Shown here: positions 11,263-27,337 of the stretch, one piece after another
Layout of the letters: each line of letters begins with the position of its first letter
Numbering within the stretch: the first letter of the stretch is position 1
Assembly: GCF_000181795.1 (NCBI RefSeq)
Contig: NW_003526945.1
Span: forward strand, 5,884,129-5,948,128
DNA: 64,000 nucleotides
From: Trichinella spiralis
Taxonomy: Eukaryota
Direction: 5' to 3'
Translations under genes and position numbers: made by a program
The notes under the pieces: generated by a model
Told to the model about the DNA's origin: nothing
What the model saw: the letters and a program-made list of their open reading frames with translations, nothing else
Databases searched by the model: none

Positions 11263-14200
11263 TGCCTGGATCAGAAAACAAATAATGAATAAAACAACAA
11301 ACAAATTAAAAAATCCCCCCCAATCAACTGACATTTATTTGCGAGCATGAAAAAGCGAATGACTAAATGGTGGAATAAATAAATGGTGTGTGTGTATGTG
11401 TGCGTGCCATTGTGAGCGTTGGAATAAAATACAAACAAATCGAATAAAATTGATTCTTCTAGTTCCAATCACGGAATGGATCAAATTTGCATGTTCACCA
11501 CGCTCGACGCTGAATCACGCCGTTCTTATTCACACAGCAAACAGTATGCAAATGTACCCAAGAGCGAAGATGAGCAACAATTTTCCATTTGCACAGGCTC
11601 GTTACCGCACAGCGAATAAAATTCACAGTATTGGTTGAATTGACGAACGTTCAAAAAGTAATGAATGAATCAGCATAAATAACTGAACTACAACAAAAAA
11701 ACAACTACACAAGTAAGTCCCTTGTCAGCGGGAATCGATTCTTCGGCAAGTATGAAGAAATTTTTGAATAAACTGCCGAACAACAGAAACCGCTTCTACA
11801 ACCAACTGTACAATGGAATTAAAGTCGTGCTGATGGAAATTATGCGAACGAAAAGTGAAAACTGCAAGATGTTGCTGCCGATGAGGGTGTTGTTCAGTGG
11901 AATAAGTCGCATGGTGGAAAGTTGGCTTTTTTGCTGTTCAAAATTTTAAAATGCAGGTCGTACATGCAGAAGATTGAACAAAATCAAAGCGAAATTTCGC
12001 AAACTGGACCCGGTTGGAGGAGAAACGAAAAGAGCAAAGCGTGGAACATCGACGAGCTCTTCTTTGACAAAAGCATCGTCAACTTGACTTATGGAACTGA
12101 TGCAACGACCAGTTTTTTCCCATCGCTGCTTTTTCTCACCACCAAACCACCTCTCCCCCCCCTCCCCACTTCGGTCCCTTCTTTCCCCTCTACTGCTGCA
12201 CTGCTTACGGTAATAATTCCAGCTCTGCACAGAAAATACTCGCCCAAGGTCGTCTGAACAATCAATGGAACAACAATACAAATAACCACCATTTATATAA
12301 GGAGGGGGGGTAAAGTTGCAAAAAAAAAGAGGAAAAGTTATAAAAGAATAAATAAATAAATAAATATCGTGAATATTTCTGCCTCTTTGCTGTCAATGAA
12401 ATTTTGACTTTGACCAAAAAATTACCAGTGGAAAGAAAACGAATCGCCGCCGTTTGCGTGTCACTCTAACAACAAACAAAACTACAATCACCAATTGAGC
12501 ATACCATATCAGTGATCAATCACGCATGATGAATCAGCAACAGAAGACAAATGTGCGAAGATGAAGATGAAGCTGCTGGCAACAAAACAAACATACCAAA
12601 AAATTTAATCTTCCTCTACTGATGCAGTTGTTGCTTGTCAACATATTTTCTTCTGCACACACACAAACACACACATCTGGCAATGAACGTTAGCTACTAG
12701 ATTTGAAATTTTAAATAAATTTCACCGTAGAACAACAACTGCGAGAAAAGCAGATGGCCGACTGTTTTTGAGAAAAATACCAAACTCCTATACTTATACC
12801 AGAGCTAATAAAACTGCTCCAAGCAGTAAGCACGGTTGCAAGGTAAACACAGGGCCGAGTGATTTCGTTTGAAAAGACAACACGAAATATTTGAATGTAA
12901 AACATTTTTCAAGTAAAAAACAAACATACTTACAATATTTCATTTGAACATCTCGTCACCAGTGCGTTGAACGTAAACAACAACTTGAAAACAATCTGAA
13001 GAAGGGACAAGCTGTCATCGGAGGGCAAAAACAACAGCACCAACACTTCGAGAACAATTTGACACCGCTTCACTGTGCTTCTCGAATTTCGCCTCGGCAA
13101 GCTTGCAGAACGGTGGACCAGCACCAGATCGCCCACGAGACCACTGCCCGGCACGCTACCACCGCGCAGAACCTCGCTCATGCAAGCTTTGGCAAACACC
13201 CCAGACGACCAATGTATGCCCAAATGCTGAACAAAAACGCCCAAATAAACAAACATAACAACAAAATTGAACAAACAATTGAAGGAAGAAGGAAAAACAA
13301 AATTATAAATTGTACAATTATTGTGATTATCAAGCATATTAGATAACAACATTGCTTCAACAACAGTCACTGCGTAATAGCAAAAATAAGTATATCAAAT
13401 GGACATCAAATTCCTATTCAAACAGAACATGCAACAATTGAAAAACTTCTTCTTTCTTCAATAATATTCAATTAAAAAATTTTCAAATATAAATAATTAT
13501 AAAATCAATCTTAAATCCAAAAGTAAAAAACAAATTAATTGTTCCATAATTAATGAACGAAGAAAAAATAAAACTACTACAGCTTAGAAAATATTTCACT
13601 TAAAAAAATTTTTTGTCATCTATTCTGATAAATATTTTTAAACTAATGAACAATATCGTTACTGATATTGTAGCAAGAAAAGCATCTTAATAATAAGCAC
13701 AGTTTTCAAAGCGACAAAAAATATCGCCCCATGTTAACTAAATTAAGTCAAATTACATTACTCGATTGTAAAGCAAAATTATATAATAAAACGTTCATTT
13801 TACCAGCAGAATACATGTTCATATAAAACACTGAATACACTAAAAAATAAACAAAATTACAATAATATTATTACTAAACTGCAAAATGAATAAGATAAAA
13901 TAAAAATTACAAAAAAAAACAAATATTTTTCACGAAGCTTGTAAGAATTGCAAATTGTAGCTTTGAAATTACCTCAATTAGAACATTTTTTTACCAGTAG
14001 TCGACATTTACAAAGTGAAGAGCGATAAATTGTTGAACTTCCAGCGATAAATATAATTGAAACACTGAAGTGAAAATTATCCTCTATAATAAACTGCAAA
14101 TTTGGCCTGCTCGTTCGGTTTAACAAAACGGAAAACACAGTCAGCACAGTACAATGTTGAAAAGCAAGGCAAAATTGGTGCTATAGTATAAACAATTTTC

Positions 14201-17200
14201 AAGTAAATTTCTTCGAGGCTATTTGGAAATTCAATAATTTTGCAAAAGAAAAAAGCAAATAAAATATTTAAATGAGTATTTTTACAATTACAAAAAAATA
14301 ATAAAACAAAATAATGCTTCTACAGTATGCAGTGGATGATGATAAAAAAAACTAGGTCAGTAATTTTTTGTCTATATCACATTTCATCAACGGATATTTT
14401 TTAATTTTAAATTATATTATTAGCATAGAACATGATGAATAAATGTTCCTTGGTTTAAAATTACTTTCTTTGTTACTATATTTTAAGATTTTTTCTTTAT
14501 TATAATTTTTTACTCTATTTCCTTTATTTTTGCTGTTTCATTTATTTATGTTAAATTCTCAACAATTACTTACTTTATTGTTGTTAATAATTTTATTATT
14601 ATTATATTTTATAAGCATTTTTTATTTCGAATCACAATATAACTTGCCAAGATTTCATTCACTGAGAAAATCAAAAATTTGCTATGAACATAAACTGAAT
14701 TTAAGTTAATAAAAATTAACTTTTTTTAATATATCAACAAATATGTTAAAGAGTAAACAATTGCATTTGATGTTTTATAACGGATACGTTTCATTTTTAT
14801 TCTTTTGTCCAGAAAAGAACATTATTTAGACTGTGTATATTGAAGAAACATTTTTACATGAAATTCAAGTACTACTAATTTGCTGACATTGCTGACATTT
14901 TAAAAATGTAAAATATTGAATAAATATCCACATAATTTTCTAACTAATTAATATGTTTTTGCAAAAATTGTTTCAATATGCTAGCTAATTGCAACTTTAA
15001 CTTCAGTTTCATAGATGAATTTTCTCACTCAGTACAGTATGCTGTGATGATTGAATTTCCACCAGAATGAAAAACACCACAATAACAAATTATGAATAAT
15101 TGTATTATTTTAATTAAAATTTTACACGACTGTTATTCTTGTAATAAGATATATTTCCCAAGGTTGTAATTAAATTTTGCTAACAATGAGTAATGATTGC
15201 TAACATTTGCAACTTTCGAGTGGATTATAGATGATTGAAACTGAGGTGCAATTTGAAAATTAATTTTGTCACTTTGATATAATTGTCGTTTCTTATTGAA
15301 TAAATGAAGAGATATTTTCAACAAGAGTTCATCAGATTTTTTCAATAAACTTAAATTACAAAAAATATGTATATAATTTTGAATATATTGTTTGGTTGTT
15401 TGACATGAGGACAAATTTTTAATGCTTTATTATTCGAATTTGCTAATCGAAATAATGTCATGTTGTATGTCGTTTGTTTACAAGAAGCAGAAATGAATAA
15501 GAATGGACGGGCAATAAATAAAATCATAATTGAAATGAAATTCTTGAATGTATGAATGAAAGGTGAAAAGTTGCAAAATCTGCTTTGTGAATTTGTTCAT
15601 TCTGTTTCACATTTGCATTGTTGAATGAAAATCAATAGCACAAAAGTATCCATCCAACCTGAGTGAAAATATTTATTATTAAGCAAATGATGAAATAAGT
15701 GAATATGAATATCCTGGATACAACTAGTCAAACTTTTCCGCATGTAGTTTGTACAGCAGTTGAGTTTCAATAATTAACAACAGTTGACGACGGACAGACG
15801 ATCAATATCAGCTTTGCAAAGACAAGAAGCAAATCGTTGATGTAAATTTTCTTTTAAAACCGATTCACCGAAAAACCAATTCGCCATTTTTACAATGATA
15901 CATTCTTGCAACAGACATTCATAATTTGTCAAAATTTGCAAAAGAAGAGAAAACACTTACTGCTGCTATTAGTTATTTGGTTGGAAAATTTAGCCTTCAC
16001 ACTTTGGTTACTTTTTCACGGCAACAACAACCGTAACAATAACTGCAGCAGTAGCATAATATTGAAATTAATTTAATTAAGTTTTCGTTCAATTTTATGA
16101 ATAAAAGACAATTCTCTGTCGTCCGCTAATCAAATAATTCTTGAATAGCTGTCGTGTCGTGTACAAGCAGCTACTTGCTACATCCGTATATGCAAAGCGC
16201 TCAAAGTCAGCCAGCCAGCCGGCTTGTCATTCAAATGTTGCTGTTGATTTGCCCCCTTCGGTGCTACTGTTCAAATGACAGCACAACATACGGACAAGAC
16301 AAAACTTCATTAATCGCACAAGCATAATAATATCTGTCTCTTTGCTGACATTGCCGTCTCTCCGTGCAAGAAGAAAAAAGACAATTGCACGAATCTAATA
16401 ATTGCACAATGAAAAAATCGATTGAAAACGTAATTTTCAATAGAACTTCAATGAAACAGCCAAACTATTTCTACTACTTATTTGTAATTCATGTTTTTAG
16501 ACGCAAAAATAGTGTTCAAAAAATTGCACATAAGAAAAATCATATTTTTGGCAAAGTGATGCTAAAAATTTTCCAAGCACCTGTTTGCGTTAACACTGTA
16601 GCAAGATTATTATGTTTTTAGCGAAAAATTAAAAAATAAAACAAATACAATAATGTATCGTTGATGTGGAAAATAAGTGAAGTTATATTTTGTAAGGTGA
16701 AAATATTTTTTTCTTCATTCTCAAACTGCTCAACTGTATTATTATTATTATTATTACTATTATTACAAATGGCAACTCATGCCGGATGCGCGTTGCCTTG
16801 AAACCAAAAATAAAATTTCCATATCTAACGCATTTCAATCATTCAAAAATAACAATCCATTAGAGGAAGAGAAATTAATTTTTGCTCCTGTTCGCACCGT
16901 GATCGTCAAGCAATCAAGATGACAAGGCTTGCTTTTTCTGCAAAATCACCAACGCTTGAACAATTTTTCAATTCACAGCCTTTCATAAAGAGAAATAAAT
17001 AAAGCATGCAGAAGATGAAAAAGAATACGAGCAATTCTGTTTCTTTTTTGGATTTCCCTTTGATAACATTTGAATAAATGTTTGATTAAGTTTCAAAAGG
17101 ATCGATTGAGTTGAACAAGCATCTTCATAAATATGGACAATTTTTGATTAATAATAGGAAAAAGAGAAATTAATAAAACTGACATTTGTAAGAGATGTTG

Positions 17201-17239
17201 AGCGTTTTTTCCTGACGATCAAGTTTTTATACTTTATAC

Positions 17240-17264
17240 ATATATATATATATATATATATATA
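17240..17264. repeat. (AT)n microsatellite
   Basis: About 12 AT units seen directly. Confidence 0.9.
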
Positions 17265-20180
17265 ATACGTTGCATTCACAGCAGGCTGCACTGAGGCTTT
17301 ATTGAGAATTTTTTACCTGCAATTTGAATATAATGCATGAATGATTAAGATAATTTTCACATAATTGATTTCAAAAAAATAAAAATATGCTTTCAAATCA
17401 ATGCTTAACTAAACAAACAACACAACAACTCAACAACTGATTGATCCCGGAAATGAGAACAATAAAGATTGAAAATCAATAAAGCGAAAGCTTCAAATAT
17501 CGTTGAGGCAGGCTTTCAATAGTTTTTCCAATCATTGCCAATCATTTCATTGTTTTAAATAGATAACTGTATTAAAGATATACGAGAAACTTTCTTCCAT
17601 TTCTGTTTCAACAAATGAACAGACATTGACAAATTAAAAAAAAATCATGTCGACGTGGAAAAAAATTCCGACGATTCAAATCGATGAAAGCAAGAAGCCA
17701 TTGTAGACAACTGTAACCGTTCTTATACAAGCTTCCTTTTCAACTTCACAACGAAATATGAGAATCACAGCTGTTGAAAATGCACTAGAAACAAAGTGCC
17801 AAAAGAGAAAACTTTGCCAGCTGAATTCAGAAATGGAAAGCTTTTCATTTTTTTAATGCGCTCCGAATGAATATTTCACGTATAGACAACAACGTAAAGT
17901 CCATCTGTTGGGCAACGCGTTCGTAAAAGCAAGCTGCATGAATCAATGAATATCATTGATGAGTTGCGATGACAAATTGGAAAACAAACCCAATGCCGTT
18001 GTTCAAGAAGAAATAAAACGGAAAATAAGCAATAATATCTTTTAAAATTGAGACGGCTGTTCATTTGTTCCAAATGACAGATCATTCCAATCTTCCAATC
18101 ATATACATACTATGGAAATCATATTGCAACTCATGTATGATGCAAGTTAACTACAAATTTTGTATTTTTCCTGTAAAGGTGAAGGTAAACAAATTTTTTC
18201 AGTTTTTATAAAAAATATCCCTTCATGATTATTCGCTCAAGTTACCATGACCAAAACATCAAAGAAGGAGTCAAATTTAAAACTTTAATCATTCAAACTC
18301 AATGAACAGTAATTAATTTAATGTAGTACAAAAATTGTCTGCTGCACTGCGTTCTTCCAGCATATACAAGCATCAGAAAGGTAGACTATTCCATATTTTC
18401 AATATTGAAAGTCATTAAGAAACTGATTCTTTCATATAAGCACAGCCAAAACTTTCATATAATATTAGCATCTATTTGAGGTAAAAGCTGTGAATGACTT
18501 AATTCACAATATAATTGACGACGCAAACAAACACCTGAGAACCTGAGTTCAAAGCAGGCAGGCATTCATCCAGAAGCGGCAAGGTTATCTCACATGAATA
18601 AAAAAATTAAAGCTGACGTCATCGCTTTTATACTGAATGTACGTTTTTTTTTAATTCATCATAAATTGCTTTCACGTTATGTTGAATAGAAGAAAACCGC
18701 TAAGGATTTTTCTATAATTTTTTTAAACAATCTGCATTTTTCAAGACTTCTGCTATTAAAGTGAAAAGTAAATTACAGTTCTGTTGATTTGCATCTACGA
18801 ATCACCGTCTAATTATACACATACAGCGGCTATACGGATTAATAATGCAAGTAATGCGAATAAAATGGTGTAAAACCAAGATAGATTAGCAAAGTGTAGA
18901 CATAAATTCGATCATTTTCTTCACTGCTGACAATGGTGAAGCATTTTTTCTTATTTCTTACCAAATAATGATGATGATAATAATAATAGCAAGCAAAACA
19001 GCACAACTGATGCAGACTAATAACATTTTTCAGAAATTAATACGCAGCTAATGGTAATTTATTTAATAGACTAAAAGTGATTTTTTTTTCTTGTTGTTCT
19101 TCTCAATTGTGAAAGGTATTTTCATGTGCCCAATAGATGAAGTAGGAATGAAAAAAGTGGAAAAGTAAAACTTTTCTCCCGATGATGACTGCAAAATTAT
19201 TCCCTGTCTAACGGTAGAAGGTAGACTAATTAATTCATCAAACAGATACAATTAATTCAATTTCTGTCAATCGGATCTGGTGGACTGTTCTAGAGCTTGA
19301 TCGTGAGCTTTGAAAAATGTCTGCAGGGATTTGAACGACTGCACAAGCAATTTTTCCATGCTTAAAGACAAGCAAGCAATCGTCGATCAAGATCAGAATC
19401 CGGCTTTTTTCAGGATTTTCAAGGACCAACTGTGAGAACCCTTTCGTTGAGAATTGAATTGGCACTTTATCACCGGTCGCTATTTTCGATCGTCATCAAC
19501 GAGCTGCCCGATGCGCCGGCTAGCATCACTAGCGACCGGCGACAAAGCAATTGATTCGCCTTCCGTACAATCCTAATTAAATGGGTCTGTTCTGTCAACG
19601 AAAATTAGACGTACTTTCCAGGAACGGATGGCAAATTGTATAACACGTAGAAACGTTTTCCCACGGGCCAACTGAATGTGCTGTATTCATTGGTCAGTTC
19701 AACATTTGACCAAACAGTCATACTGGTGTCAGTGATGCCATTTTAGTTTCATCTTCATCTGAGCGTGACATTCAGTAGTTGCTGATCGCTTCTTCTTCTT
19801 CTTCTTCTTTTTCATCTTTTACACCTTTAAACCTCTCTTATGATAAAGCCAATACAATACTTTCTGTATTTTTCACAAGCAAATGACTTGTGTTAATTAT
19901 TATACATATACATATACATATATATTGTTTCCATATTTTTCATTTGCGAACAAAATTTTCTCCTATCACATTGCACAACTGATTAGGAATTTTCTCATAG
20001 TGACCAGTGGAAAAAGATTTGAAAAGAAGAGAAGACAATTCCGATCGATCGACTTGCAAAGAATCAAAGCTTTTGGACAGTGGTCAAGCAGTGTCTGACC
20101 AATATTAACCAATCAAAAAGCAAGCCAACGACGACAACGCAAACATTGCACGGGTTAATACAACTGACCAATAATAAACC

Positions 20181-23100
20181 ATGACTGAGAAAAAGTCGAC
20201 CGATCCAAATTTTGCAAAAGATCTAACAGCAGAAAGCAACGAGCACGGATCTTCACCATGCACTGAACAGAGTCAGGCGATTGTTTCGCCGTTCATTCTC
20301 CGCCGAACCCACTGGAAATTGCACCAATATTTCAAACGGCTTTCCGACTCGAGCAGAGAATTCTACGAACGCGGCCGGTCTACATCCGGAGAATCTTCTT
20401 CTTATTTTTACGACTTGACCGAGTCAAAAATTGGTCACAGCTTCGGTTCCACGTCCAGCAGTTTGTGCATGATGCGTGATTCTACCGAAAGTCCATTAAG
20501 TTCGACAACGGAAAAAAGTCCCGGTCAAGAAAGCAAAACCTGCCCAATAGACAAAAGTGCAGTCTGGTCTCCATTAGTAAGATCATTTTACATTTTTATT
20601 CTTCTCTTTTGCATTATTAGCAAATCTTAAATTATATGCTTCCAAAAACTGGGTCTAATTTCAAAACTGCTGCAAAAATCTGCGTATTATTCAACTTTGA
20701 TTATTGCACACATACACACACACACACATACACATAGCTAGGGCATTACCAGGAAATAATTCTAACTTTCTGTATGCTAGAAGAGTTACTTAAAATTGAA
20801 AATTGCATTGCAACTGGCATCGTAAACTATCCAACTAGTTCATTAAACAATAATATCTGCTTTATCTGTTCAACTTTTAAAAAAATGGCTACATTCTAAT
20901 CGACAAGCAGTGGACAATTTAGCCCTTCACCAATTGAATAATCAAAATTTTCACTATAAATAACTGCAATATAGTTTGATTTTTTCAAATAAATTTTTTC
21001 AATAGACAGAGAAATAAGAAAAAAAAACTGTAATTAATCATTTGCTATCAAATAAGTACAATTTTTACAAACAAATGCAAATTGAAACTTGGCAAGCTGT
21101 CAAAAAACAACCAATTTATAAAAAGAAAAGAAAACAGAGGAGTTTATTGCGCAATTTATCTTTAAAAATAAATGCTCATCAAGAGAAGCAGTCAGTGGAA
21201 ATTTCTACAGGGTACTATTCTTTATGGATAGTTTCTGAGCAGAATTTGCATTTGTAAGCAGAAATTTAATCTTTTAAGTTTGCCATTAAATTTGTCAGAG
21301 TCATTTGCATTTGATAATACCGGTATTTTAATAGAATGGGTTTTATTTTATTTCATATGAAATAGTCTTTCACTTCAACCATGAAAAATATTCCAATCCA
21401 GTCCACCGATGCCTTTCAGCAGCACAATTGGCTGTATAAGAATTGTAAAATCAATTTCAGAAACAATCCTGAGGAAGTTATAAAATTGACAGTAATTGCA
21501 CTGAGACGAATAATTCGCTTTTCCGACTAAAGTAATCGACACTGCTAAAGGTGCGATAAGGCAAAAAGCGAGCAATACTGAGCTTAAGCGGCCTAGCCTA
21601 GCCTAGCCTATAGCTTAGCTGAATGACGCAGAAGACCAATTCTCAGATTGAAAGCAAGTCGGTGAATTTGAAATCAACTGCAAAATTGATAATTCAATCA
21701 AAAAAAAAACAAGCTTTGCTGATGATTGTAAGTATAGTTTTTGACCAAAAATGAAGGTAACACAAAGAACAGAAGATCACTTGGACAGTCGATTAAGTGA
21801 ATGTATCATAGGAAATGTACCGTCATTTCTCCATTGGTGCATTTTTCCCATTTTATTAAGTAAATGAAATGCAAAAGTAATATTAAAAGAAAAAAAACAT
21901 TTCAATCCAACATTCCGCTACTGAAAGCAAAATAATGCTTATCGCCTCGTCGGAATCGCTAAACGGTTACGTCTTCAAATTGACTAATATTATAAAGTTT
22001 GATTTGCCATAAAAGATCATCATCTTCTCTGCAGGATATATTTGTCGAGCAAGGTGTTGACGAATGATTACAACATGTGAAAGAAATAAATTACAAAATC
22101 TGATAAATTTGACCAGATGAACTTCTCTTATTCGAACGAAGTGCAGATTCAGCGACTTATAGTCAAAGAAAAAGCAAAAGAAAACGTGAACTTAATAAAA
22201 AAAAAGTAATACTAGAAACCTTAGTGGAAAATCAATACTTGAGTATTGTTTTTTTTAATAAAATTAATTATCAGGTTTCAATATTTTTCTTTTTAAAATT
22301 TCTGTCAACACGTCTGCAGATTAATTCATTTGAAAATAATTCGTTGCTTCAAATTTGATACAATTGCATTTGCCACTCTCCTCTGTGTCCTTGTCTGCAT
22401 TTTGATATATATATTCGCATGGGATTCGCTTCGTATGATAAAAAAGAAACCTCGAAACCTCATCAAATCTATAAGTATTAATGATCATTATATTTTAATA
22501 TGCTGTTTTTCATTGTTTTTCAAGAAAATATTATTTGACATACATCAAGATCGGATGAAAAAGGTAAAAAGAAAGCACGAATTAGAACCATCATAAATCA
22601 TCAAGATTTCTCAGTGAAATGTGAGTGAGATTATTTTTTCCATGAAATTTAACGCTTCTCTGATAACTACGATTCTATGCAATTGATAATATTATTGTAC
22701 AAAGTTGAAATATACAATATATTGATGTAATTATTTTCAAAACGTTGGCTCTCCGTTTCTGCATAAAAAACAGTCGTGATATACAAGATTTATTGTATAC
22801 AAAAATATGGTGCACTGAAATTAACCTTGCGTGTGAAGATTAAATTTTCATAAAATACTAAATCATTCATACAAATCTATCCACAAAGGTGATGCATAAA
22901 TTTCCCCAAACTGTTGCAATTGAAATATAATAATTTCTCTCATGTTTTTCCGTCCATGCTTTTTCCAGTCGATTAATTTTCATATTTGTTTTCCCTCTTT
23001 CACAACTCTTAATTCACAACGCACATCTCCTATTGCACAGATGATAACTGTTTAGTAAATATGTTTCACATTTTCCATTCACGTCTTCCATTAAAGCTCA

Positions 23101-26100
23101 TTTTCAATTATTATGGCCATTTTTGATGGCAAGTTTGGCGTGAAAATTATTTCCAATCGATGTGAAGAGCAAACAAAAAGTTTTAAAAAAAGTAAAAAAC
23201 AAAATCTCACAGGAAAAGAAAGAGAAACTGCAAAAATTCAGGGCGTCTAATGCCGTTGAACAAAAATTCTCTCTAATCGATAAGCAATTCGATTTGAAAA
23301 AATAACAACAACAAATTCTAATTTTCTGCTCGTCTAAAGGGAATGAAAAGCAATGATAAGCGACAGACAAAAGCTGCTAATCAGTAGAGCATACGGGACA
23401 TTTGTCGACCGGCGAGCGTGAAACCAATATCAACGTTTCTTGACTTACAGAAAATTACAACGGTTGGCTATATCAGCAATGACAGGATAAAGTTATTAAT
23501 AAAATCAATTTTTTAATATCAATTAATAAACAGTCAAACAAGTCAATTAATAATGAACAATGTCTTAAAATGCAGCGCAAAAATTAATGGCACCATTTTT
23601 ATTTGTTTTAAAGTTGAACTTAAAGCATTTTCTTCAACATTCGACTTCAACTGCAACAAGTTAAATAGATGCTTTATTTAAAAAAAATTTGCACTTATTT
23701 AACAAATTTGAAAAGAAAAATCTAAAATTCATCTCATTCCAGTAACTTAATTTGGACATTTCAAGGATATTTTACAGAGGATGCTTCAATTTGAAGATGG
23801 ATTTTTACAACAATAAATAAGCATCAATTTTGATTATGATTAGAAATTTTAATAGAATATGATCGTGATAATTTCAATTATTAATTGCTTCTGAGCAACA
23901 TTTGCATAAATTGATCAACGAGCTTTCCACTGGTGTGATGGTGCAAGTGAAATCAGCAAGTGGAGAGCTCAGGGCACTTAACAAATGCTTATCACAAATT
24001 TCAACATAGTTAACATATCACTTTGAAAATCACGTAATCACTTTTGGGATGCAATAATTGAGTGCTTATCGAATTATTCAAATTCTTTCCCGAAGGGATA
24101 CTTATTTGATGAAGCAATAACCTGCAGCCATAGAGTTGCGATGAGCTTTACGGCTTCAAGGCGAGCCTGACATGGACAGACTTTTCAAACCTATCATCTT
24201 CACCAACGCATTGCATGATAATTATTGGAAGAAAATGTAAAATTAATTTTTATAAAAAAAAGAAAAAACACTGCAAATGATTTTGAAAATTAATTCTTAA
24301 CTCAGTGAAAAATGACACTACAACTCTGACAGTATGCAATCATCGATAGCTGAGGTAAATCATCAGGTTGGTGTTAGGATATTCATTTTGAGCTTAATGA
24401 AAAGTGTCAAATTACTTAACTAATTAAAATGTTTGTACGATTAAGTCAATGTCATTCATCCGCCAATGCCTGAGAGCTGCTCATCAATAGTAACCATTTC
24501 TTATCAACATCTCCGGCAGATTTTGATCACAAACGTTTCTTTGATATTCTTATTTCTTTGTTTCTGTTGCTGCTAATCGAAAAAAAAGCTCGGCAAGAAT
24601 ATTTTCCATGTCAGACTGTGATTAAAACAACTAACATGACAAAAAGATATAATGGTATAAAAATTTGAATATAATGAATATCTTTTGTTAAAAAAACTCC
24701 TATTAAAAGCTGCATTTGTTTTGTAATTTAGTCTAACTGCATGTGGCGTAACGCTCTTGGAGAGCAAGTAGAACTGAAAGATCGCGAACTACATCTGCTG
24801 ACAATATTGGAAAGAAAAACTTTACAAAAGTTGGCCGTCAGGAAACTGAAAATTCCCGATTTTCAAGACACAGTACTCATATCCGGAAAAGGTAAGCTTG
24901 ATCTTCGTTGTAAGGTAAAATTGCTGTTTTCTTCTTGCTACCACTAACTCGCCCAGTGCTAAACTTTCATACGATTACGTGATAATGTTTGACAGGTGAA
25001 ATTGTGAAAAAAAATCACACTGCTAACAATTTAGGCTTCTCATCAAAGGTTTCCGTTCAATAATAATAATAATAATAACAATTTCTGTTGTTGTGCAAAG
25101 CAGTGGAAAATTTTAAAACAAAATTTTAGGCTTCATCCAAAACATTAAACATTCTCTCCTTGCTGTTAGTTACAGGCATTAAACTAGAACATATTTTTTA
25201 ACGCATTTATTGACGAGAATTGAAAGTGCTCGATGATGAAAAAAAATTGCTTGACAAGAAACAAACATCTTATTGCTAGCAGAGAAAATTAAAAATCAAT
25301 ACAATAATGCATGTGAAAACCGTTCAAACGTGCAAACAAACCCATTACTTCACACAAAAATGCATCGAAGCAAACTTTTCTCTAAATCAGCATTGTTAAA
25401 GTGAAATGAGCTCGAAGAAAAACATCCTATGATTAAACTAAATTTCTTTTTTTTCCTTTATCAAAAATCAATTTAATTTATCCAACGATACAATATGCCA
25501 AATACTGTATGATAATTTACCACTACACAGCAAAGCTGAGCACACACACAGCATGAGGTTTGATGTATTTGAATTTGCATGCCAAAAGGTGAATGGAGTA
25601 GAGCAATTTATAAAAGTAGTACAAGTTCATTAAGAAATTATTAACATTAATTGCGTGCAAAATCGAATCGAAGTAGTGCTCCTGAAATTTCGCAACGCTT
25701 CGCTGATCTTAGTCTATTATAAATTGCTTCTTTTTCAGTTTGTGCAACGATTAAAATATGAAAAGGAAAGAATAAAATAGCAAAATAATAATAAACAAGT
25801 AAATAATTGATTGCTATGTCGTCAAAAAGTGAAGTAAAGTTGAAAAGAAATAAATAAATAAATAAAATATATATATATATAATTGAAAAGAAAATTGCCA
25901 AATTTGTCACTAAACAGTGAGGTCTGTTGGATTAATAATAAATAACTTGAAAACAACAAATCACAAGTACAAAACAACTTTCAACTTGGCTTCCAAAATC
26001 AGATCTTCCATTTTCATATATAAATAATAAAATAAATATTTTGATTGGATTTAGAAAGATCAACACCTCGATCGAAGAAGCTGACGATAAGCTATTGGAT

Positions 26101-27301
26101 CCAATCCCAAGATAGAAAAAGCAATCGTTTCAAGGAAACTGGATCAGCGGGTAGGCTCTCTCTGTTTTCAGATTCCGCTTTTCTTTCCGGCAGAATTTAA
26201 ACATGGCATATGCAAATGACAGATTCTCTGGGCGCGGCGAAGCCGAGATCAATTTTCGGTCTTTCTTTTCCAAAATATGCTGAAAATGACATTGCATCAC
26301 CAAGTTCTGGTCGACCAATTGCTTCTGCTTTCAAGCCGTCATTCATCGGCGGCCGTAAAGCGATACAAAATTTTCGAATGACCCACTCAGTTGACGTAGC
26401 CGACGTACAGCACTGCTTAAATCGGTCAGTAAACAAACAAACAAACAAACAAACAAATCAACAACCATTTTCCATTAAGAACATCTGTCAGTGCTGGTTC
26501 GTTGAACAACAACAGTCAAAAGAAGTCCGTCGACTGTGACAAATCTTTGCTAAGTTTGGATTCGCGTTATTTGAATGAAAGAATTTCTCCATTATCAGAT
26601 ACAGCGGAGAAAAGACTGGAAATTAACGATCCATTAAACCAAAAAGTAGGCAAAAAGTTGGACCAACAATATATTTATTTATTCATTATTTATCCATTTC
26701 AATCCATTCAATTATTTGCACAAATAGAAATCGTTCATCAGCCGAGTAATTGCTGTACCAAGTCGTCAAGATTCTTGCGAAACGTACACCATTGAACTTC
26801 CTCGTGTCATTCGTTTTTGTGTTGACTACCTGAGAAATTATGGTTTGTTTTAAATATTTTCCAAACAGCAAGCAAGCAATGGGGCAGCAGTCATTTGAAA
26901 CTGAAATCATTTCTATTTCTTTTTTCATTTCTATTAAGGAATGGACAAAGTCGGCTTATTTCGAGTATCCGGTTCGTCTAATCGTTGTCGATGGCTTAAA
27001 CAACAGCTCGAAATGGGTACAATGGAAGGCACAGGCACATCCAACACCGAAACACTGCCCATTACTGCTCATGATGTGGCCACGGTGCTCAAAAATTATC
27101 TACGAGATTTACAAGACCCCCTGCTTACTAAAGAATTATACTTAGCATTCGTCACTACCGCAAGTAAGAAAATTATTTCTCTATTGCACAAAATGATTCT
27201 CTCCTACTAGTGACAGTTATAAAAATAATAACCGTAAGTTTCAATAAGTAAGGTGAACAAAGTAAAAGAAAAAAAATATGGTGAACAAAGTAAAAGAAAA
27301 G

Positions 27302-27337
<36 letters not shown>

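Noticed and set aside
21591..21610. (GCCTA)4 resembling the nematode telomere repeat GCCTAA
   Set aside because: A pentamer rather than a hexamer, only four copies and intronic; a simple repeat.
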